From NCBI GenBank assembly GCA_028870845.1, contig JAGWOR010000008.1, forward strand, positions 5,303 to 69,302: a stretch of 64,000 nt of DNA. The letters are read 5' to 3'. Position 1 is the stretch's first letter; every line of letters starts with the position of its first letter. A program made the translations under genes and the position numbers. Source of the DNA: Gammaproteobacteria bacterium (GTDB lineage Bacteria > Pseudomonadota > Gammaproteobacteria > Natronospirales > REEB76). Under the pieces are notes generated by a model that was not told where the DNA came from, did not search any database, and saw nothing but the letters and a program-made list of their open reading frames with translations. This document shows positions 58,794 to 64,000 of the stretch, one piece after another.

Positions 58794-61700
58794 GCAGCCG
58801 CCGGCGGATGCCGCGGAGCGCGCCCGGGCCCTGGATGCACGGGAGTCGTTCATCGTGCAGGCGCCGGCGGGTTCCGGCAAGACAGAACTCCTGACCCAGC
58901 GGTTCCTGACTTTACTGGCGGTGGTGGACGAGCCCGAGGAAATCCTGGCCATTACATTCACCCGCAAGGCTGCCGGTGAAATGCGCATGCGCGTGGTGCA
59001 GGCCCTGGAACTGGCGGATAATGCCGCTCCGCGGGAGACCCACAAGCGGCATACCTGGGAACTGGCGCAACGCGCCCGAGCCCGCGACCGGCAGCGCGGC
59101 TGGCGGCTTGCCAGTCATCCGGCGCGCCTGCGCATCCAGACCATCGATTCCCTGAACGCGGAACTTACGCGGCGCATGCCGCTGTTGTCGAAGTTCGGCG
59201 CACAGCCGGGAATCGCGGAGAAACCACGGGCTTTATACCAGGAAGCCGCGCGCCGCACGCTGGATGCGCTGGAAGAAGGTGACCCGCAACAGGCACGGGC
59301 AGTGAGTGATTTGCTGCTGCACCTGGACAACGACCTGCCGCGCGTCCTGCGGCTCATGGCAGACCTTTTGCCGCGCCGCGATCAGTGGCTGCGTCACACC
59401 GGCACGCAAACCGGCGATGAACGCCGCGCGGACCTGGAACAGGCGCTGCAGGCAGAGTTGCGTATGGTGCTGGCGCAAGTACTGGCAGCGATTCCTGAAG
59501 ATTGCCGCATGCATCTGGTGGAACTGGCGGCCAAAGCGGCTGCGCGCCTGCACCAGCAGGATTCAAATTCGGAAATTGTGGTATGCCTCGAAATGGCGGC
59601 ATTGCCCGGTACGGAAGCGCGCGACATACCCGCCTGGCGCGGGATTGCCGAACTGTTCCTCACCAAAGAGGGCGCTTGGCGCAAGCAGATCAATGCCAGA
59701 CAGGGCTTCCCGCCGGACAGCGGCGGAGACAAAACACGCGTGCAGGAATTGCTGCGGCGTTTCAGCGCAACACAAAGCCTGGGCAACCGCTTGGCGTATG
59801 TGCGGGAGTTGCCCCTGGAGCCCCGTTATCCGGACGCCCAGTGGCAGGTGCTGGCAGCGCTTTTGAATCTGCTGCCGCAGGCGGCCGCACAGCTGCAGCT
59901 GGTGTTTATGGAACACGGTGAGGTGGATTATGCGGAAGTCGCCCTGCGCGCGCTGCAAGCTTTGGGAACGCCGGAAGCACCCACGGACCTGACCCTGACG
60001 CTGGATTACCGGCTGCGGCACATCCTGGTGGATGAGTTCCAGGACACATCAGTAAACCAGATCGAGTTGCTGAAACGCCTGACGGCCGGTTGGGAGCCGG
60101 GTGACGGGCGCAGCCTGTTCCTGGTGGGCGATCCCATGCAGTCCATCTATCGTTTCCGTGAAGCGGAGGTGGGCCTGTACCTGCGGGTGCGGCAGCAGGG
60201 GCTGCAGCAACTGCAGCTTTCGCCACTGACACTGCAGGCCAATTTCCGTTCCCAGGCGGGACTGGTGCACTGGTTCAACCAGACTTTCCAGACCATATTT
60301 CCGCAACGCGAAGATATCCCCAGCGGCGCTGTGCGGTACGCAAGCGCGAGCCCGCAGCATCCTGAACTGCAGCATCCAGCGGTCTGCGTGCATCCACAGT
60401 TGCAGTGGGATATCCAACAGGAAGCGGATGAAATCGCATCGCTGATTGCTGAAACCCGTACCCAGCATCCGCAAGCCAGCATTGCTGTGCTGGCACGGGT
60501 CCGCGCCCATCTGGCCGGCATTGTGCGCCGCCTGCGCGCCCTGAATATTCCCTTGCGTGCGGTGGAACTGGAATATCTGGGCGAACGCCCGGTGGTGCAG
60601 GATCTTTTTGCCTTGACGCGGGCATTGCTGCATGCGGGGGACCGCACCGCCTGGCTGGCGGTGCTGCGTGCGCCCTGGTGCGGACTCAGCCTGGAAGCGC
60701 TGCATGCATTGGCGGGGTCAGGTCACAGCCAGACCATCGCGGAACGGCTGCGTGACGAACAATGCATGCGTACTCTGCAGCCGCTGGCAGCCGGTACGCG
60801 CTTTTCCGCGGTGCGTCCGGTATTGCTGGATGCGCTGGCACATCAGCGCCGCGGCAGCCTGCGTCAGCAAGTGGAGCGTACCTGGCTGGCGTTGGGCGGG
60901 CCCGCCAGCCTGCGCGTGGCAGCGGATCTGGAAGACGCGGAAGCCTATCTGGAGTTGCTGGAAACCCTGGATGACGGCGGCGAACTGGAAGATGCCGCTG
61001 GGCTGCAGGCGGCGCTGGAGGATCTGTTTGCGCGCCCGGATCCACGCGCCGGCGAATCCCTGCAGCTCATGACCATGCACAAATCCAAGGGTCTTGAGTT
61101 CGACCTGGTGATCCTGCCTGGCCTGGGCGCCGGTTCGCGACGGGATGACAAGCCGCTGCTCAGCTGGCTGGAACGCCCGCGTCCCGACGGACGCAATGAT
61201 TTGTTGCTGGCGCCGCTGGAACCCAAAGGCGCCGACCAGGATCCCCTATACCAGCTGATCCTGACGCTCAAACGCGAGCAGCAACAGCTGGAGTTGACAC
61301 GCCTGCTGTATGTGGCCGCCACCCGTGCCCGCCAGCGCCTGCATCTGTTCGGCCATGCGCTGGTACGCGAGCACAATGGCGTGCGCATGCTGGCGGAACC
61401 GCGCAAGAATTCGCTGCTGCGCCTGTTATGGCCGATGGTGCGTGGCGACTTTGCAGCTGCCCTGCAATCTCAGGCCAGCGTTCCCGCAACGCGGGAAAAG
61501 CCCAGCAACTCCACGCAGCTGTCACGCCTGCGCCCTGATTGGCAGATGCAGCCGGCCAATGCTGCAGTAGGATTGCCGGCTGCTGCCCAGACCCTGGCGG
61601 CGGAAGAAACGGCGCTGGAATTCGAGTGGGTGGGTGACACCCTGCGCCACGTGGGCACGGTGGTGCACCGGCTGTTGCAGCGCATGGCGGCGGATGGCGC

Positions 61701-62169
61701 CGAATCATGGGACGCGGCGCGGGTCAAGCAACTGGGACCATTGGTCAATCACTGGCTCCGGGAAGCCGGCGTGGGGGAAGCGGAACTGGAAGCGGCGGCT
61801 GCCGATGTGCAGCAGGCGCTGACATCCATGCTGGCCGATCCGCGCGGCCGCTGGCTGCTGGACAGCAAGCATGCCGAGGCGCACAGCGAATATGCCCTGA
61901 GCCACTTCGATGGCGCGCGTCTGGCCAGCAGCGTCATCGACCGCACCTTCGTGGACCGTGATGGCATCCGCTGGATTGTGGACTACAAGACCAGCCGCCA
62001 CCGGGGCGGAGATGTGGAAGAGTTCCTGGCGCGCGAGCAGCTGCGCTACCAGGGACAGCTGGAAAACTACGCCCGGCTGATGCGCGGGCTGGAACAGCGG
62101 CGTGTTAAAGTGGGGCTGTACTTCCCCCTGTTACGGCGCTTCGTGGAATGGGAACCCGAGGATGGCTGA
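58780..62169 (+). CDS. AddA/RecB-like UvrD-family helicase with C-terminal PD-(D/E)XK nuclease
   Basis: I trimmed the ORF to the ATG at 58780, overlapping the upstream stop by 14 nt. Walker A APAGSGKT, motif II LVDEFQDTS, TMHKSKGLEF, LLYVAATRARQRL, and nuclease block IDRTFVD ... WIVDYKTS. Confidence 0.85.
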   Translation: MAVNEQPPADAAERARALDARESFIVQAPAGSGKTELLTQRFLTLLAVVDEPEEILAITFTRKAAGEMRMRVVQALELADNAAPRETHKRHTWELAQRARARDRQRGWRLASHPARLRIQTIDSLNAELTRRMPLLSKFGAQPGIAEKPRALYQEAARRTLDALEEGDPQQARAVSDLLLHLDNDLPRVLRLMADLLPRRDQWLRHTGTQTGDERRADLEQALQAELRMVLAQVLAAIPEDCRMHLVELAAKAAARLHQQDSNSEIVVCLEMAALPGTEARDIPAWRGIAELFLTKEGAWRKQINARQGFPPDSGGDKTRVQELLRRFSATQSLGNRLAYVRELPLEPRYPDAQWQVLAALLNLLPQAAAQLQLVFMEHGEVDYAEVALRALQALGTPEAPTDLTLTLDYRLRHILVDEFQDTSVNQIELLKRLTAGWEPGDGRSLFLVGDPMQSIYRFREAEVGLYLRVRQQGLQQLQLSPLTLQANFRSQAGLVHWFNQTFQTIFPQREDIPSGAVRYASASPQHPELQHPAVCVHPQLQWDIQQEADEIASLIAETRTQHPQASIAVLARVRAHLAGIVRRLRALNIPLRAVELEYLGERPVVQDLFALTRALLHAGDRTAWLAVLRAPWCGLSLEALHALAGSGHSQTIAERLRDEQCMRTLQPLAAGTRFSAVRPVLLDALAHQRRGSLRQQVERTWLALGGPASLRVAADLEDAEAYLELLETLDDGGELEDAAGLQAALEDLFARPDPRAGESLQLMTMHKSKGLEFDLVILPGLGAGSRRDDKPLLSWLERPRPDGRNDLLLAPLEPKGADQDPLYQLILTLKREQQQLELTRLLYVAATRARQRLHLFGHALVREHNGVRMLAEPRKNSLLRLLWPMVRGDFAAALQSQASVPATREKPSNSTQLSRLRPDWQMQPANAAVGLPAAAQTLAAEETALEFEWVGDTLRHVGTVVHRLLQRMAADGAESWDAARVKQLGPLVNHWLREAGVGEAELEAAAADVQQALTSMLADPRGRWLLDSKHAEAHSEYALSHFDGARLASSVIDRTFVDRDGIRWIVDYKTSRHRGGDVEEFLAREQLRYQGQLENYARLMRGLEQRRVKVGLYFPLLRRFVEWEPEDG

Positions 62170-63067
62170 GACCCTGGCTGATTGTCTGGTAGTGGCGATT
62201 TCCTCCCGGGCGCTGTTCGACCTGGAGGAGAGCCACCGCATCTTCACCGAACAGGGGCTGGAAGCCTACGCCAGCTACCAGATCCAGCACGAGGACGATC
62301 GGCTGGAGCCGGGCGTGGCCTTCACCCTGGTGCACAAGCTGCTGCGCCTCAACCGCCCGCGCCAGGACAAGCGCGTGGAAGTGATCCTGCTGTCCCACAA
62401 CAGCGCCGACACCGGCCTGCGCATCTTCAACTCCATCCAGCACTACAAACTGGATATTTCCCGCGCCGCCTTCACCAACGGCGCCGCGCCCTGGCGCTAT
62501 GCCGAACCCTTCAGCGCCGACCTGTTCCTTTCCGCGGAGCCACAGGACGTGGTGGCGGCGCTGGACGCAGGCCGGGCGGCGGCCGCCATCGTGCCGGCGC
62601 GCGCCGAGAGCAGCGCTGGCGAGCAGCTGCGCATCGCCTTCGACGGCGACGCAGTGCTGTTTTCCGACGAGGCCGAGCGCGTTTACCAGGAACAGGGGCT
62701 GGCGGCCTTTGCCGAGAGCGAGAAAGCCCAGGCGCGTGAACCCTTGAGCGGCGGTCCCTTCAAGAATTTCCTGGCGGCATTGCACCGCATCCAGGCAGAC
62801 TATCCCATGGATGAATCGCCGATTCGCACCGCGCTGGTGACGGCGCGCTCGGCACCGGCCCACGAGCGCGTGATCCGCACCCTGCGCGCCTGGAACATCC
62901 GCATCGACGAGGCCCTGTTCCTGGGCGGCCTGCCCAAGGGTGCGTTCCTGAAAACCTTCGGCGCGGATATCTTCTTCGACGACCAGAAGGGTCACGTGGA
63001 AGCGGCGGCCGGTTACGTGGCCACCGGCCACGTGCCCCACGGCGTCACCAATATCCAGAGTAAATAG
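62162..63067 (+). CDS. 5'-nucleotidase, cN-I-like family (PF06189 type)
   Basis: I trimmed the ORF to the ATG at 62162 (ATGGCTGA overlap with the helicase stop). VVAISSRALFDLEESHRIFTEQGLEAYASYQ and IAFDGDAVLFSDEAE (HAD-like DxD) blocks. Confidence 0.8.
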   Translation: MAETLADCLVVAISSRALFDLEESHRIFTEQGLEAYASYQIQHEDDRLEPGVAFTLVHKLLRLNRPRQDKRVEVILLSHNSADTGLRIFNSIQHYKLDISRAAFTNGAAPWRYAEPFSADLFLSAEPQDVVAALDAGRAAAAIVPARAESSAGEQLRIAFDGDAVLFSDEAERVYQEQGLAAFAESEKAQAREPLSGGPFKNFLAALHRIQADYPMDESPIRTALVTARSAPAHERVIRTLRAWNIRIDEALFLGGLPKGAFLKTFGADIFFDDQKGHVEAAAGYVATGHVPHGVTNIQSK

Positions 63068-63078
63068 AAGACCGTTTC

Positions 63079-64000
63079 ATGAGTAACGACCTCGACAGCT
63101 GGCAGGAAGAACAGCAATCGGCGTTTCTCTACCGGGTGATCGCAGACTGCGAACCCAGGCCGGAACTGCGCACACTGTTCGTGAAACTGGCGGAAGCCGC
63201 CGAGCAACAGTCCAAGCATTGGGCGCAAGTCGCAACGCATAAAGGCGCGAAGTTGCCGGCCCAATTCCGCCCGGCGTGGCGTGCGCGTCTGGTGGCGCGT
63301 CTGGTCCGATGGCTGGGACCGGAACGCCTGTTGCCGATCCTGGCGGCCATGAAAGTGCGCGGACTTTCGGTGTACACCCAGGGCAAGGCTGGCGGCCACG
63401 ATGCCCCGGAGGCCGGCCGGCCGGAAATGCGCCACCGAAGGCTGTCCGGCGGCGGCAGTTTCCGTGCCACGGTGTTCGGCGTGAACGACGGGCTGGTTTC
63501 CAACGCCAGCCTGATTCTGGGCGTGGCGGGCGCCTCCCTCAACAGCCACGTGATCCTGCTCACCGGCATCGCCGGCCTGCTGGCGGGCGCGGCCTCCATG
63601 GCGGCCGGTGAATACGTTTCCATGCGTTCCCAGCGGGAAATGTTCGAATACCAGATCGGTCTGGAACGCGATGAACTGGCGGCCTATCCGGAGGAGGAGG
63701 CCGAGGAGCTGGCACTTATATATGAGGCGCGCGGCGTGACGCCCGGCGAAGCACGCCAGCTGGCGGACACACTCACCAGTGATCCCAGCCGCGCGCTGGA
63801 CACGCTGGCCCGCGAGGAACTGGGCCTCAACCCCCAGGAGCTGGGCTCCGCCTGGGGCGCTGCCATCGCTTCGTTCATCGCCTTCGCCCTGGGCGCGCTC
63901 ATTCCACTGATTCCATTTTTCTGGCCGCACCCGCAGCATGGCATCTACTGGTCCATCGGCCTGACCGCGGTGGCGCTGTTCGCCACCGGCGCCACCGTCA
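63079..64000 (+). CDS. VIT1/CCC1 family iron/manganese transporter with N-terminal ferritin-like domain, 3-prime truncated by the window edge
   Basis: Not in the ORF track because there is no stop inside the window. I translated it by hand from the ATG at 63079: MSNDLDSWQEEQQSAFLYRVIA... then FGVNDGLVSNASLILGVAG ... AAGEYVSMRSQRE. The frame stays open to base 64000. Confidence 0.8.
   Translation, partial: MSNDLDSWQEEQQSAFLYRVIADCEPRPELRTLFVKLAEAAEQQSKHWAQVATHKGAKLPAQFRPAWRARLVARLVRWLGPERLLPILAAMKVRGLSVYTQGKAGGHDAPEAGRPEMRHRRLSGGGSFRATVFGVNDGLVSNASLILGVAGASLNSHVILLTGIAGLLAGAASMAAGEYVSMRSQREMFEYQIGLERDELAAYPEEEAEELALIYEARGVTPGEARQLADTLTSDPSRALDTLAREELGLNPQELGSAWGAAIASFIAFALGALIPLIPFFWPHPQHGIYWSIGLTAVALFATGATV

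Noticed and set aside
62105-63040. 311-aa ORF on the minus strand
   Set aside because: It lies antisense to the 5'-nucleotidase gene, which has clear family blocks and is translationally coupled to the upstream helicase.

Overview
High-GC gammaproteobacterial chromosomal segment, densely packed with about 60 CDS plus one tRNA-Leu(CAA). There is no rRNA, CRISPR array, transposase or phage block. From memory, most of the window follows a conserved gammaproteobacterial backbone (the order I recall from Pseudomonas aeruginosa): queA-tgt-yajC-secD-secF / suhB / trmJ-isc genes-ndk-rlmN-pilW-rodZ-hisS-yfgM-bamB-der. Upstream lie dcp, an elaB-like pair, xerD-dsbC, fdxA and a NUDIX gene. Next comes a less housekeeping stretch (9.1-19.7 kb): a type IIIA H+-ATPase-like P-type pump, an ABC-2 exporter, CBS, HPF/RaiA-like, GYD, nadE, an FtsH paralogue and a truncated ECF sigma fused to a PDZ fragment. 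The 3-prime third carries slyD, a phosphoesterase, a Ca2+/H+ antiporter, a DOPA-dioxygenase-like gene, an EmrA-EmrB-EmrB' pump divergent from tolC-tetR, a NodT-MFP-RND pump, a BI-1/YccA gene, an AddB/AddA-like nuclease-helicase pair coupled to a 5'-nucleotidase, and a partial VIT1/CCC1 transporter. The points most worth a second look are these. (1) A TGAC-N4-RTCAA (FNR/Anr-type) box recurs five times with identical spacing to -10-like hexamers, in front of ribosome-hibernation and stress genes. (2) The isc locus is remodelled: two tandem cysteine desulfurases, an IscS lacking its C-terminal tail, an IscU-like protein missing two of three canonical cluster ligands, and no iscR/hscBA/fdx. (3) A roughly 600 bp hairpin-rich element bounded by inverted repeats and lacking a transposase is inserted between queA and tgt. 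(4) An ECF sigma region 2 is fused to a PDZ fragment. (5) Tandem diverged EmrB permeases sit next to a perfect palindromic operator. I did not find a clear-cut novel multi-gene system such as a defence island; the claims above are graded accordingly.
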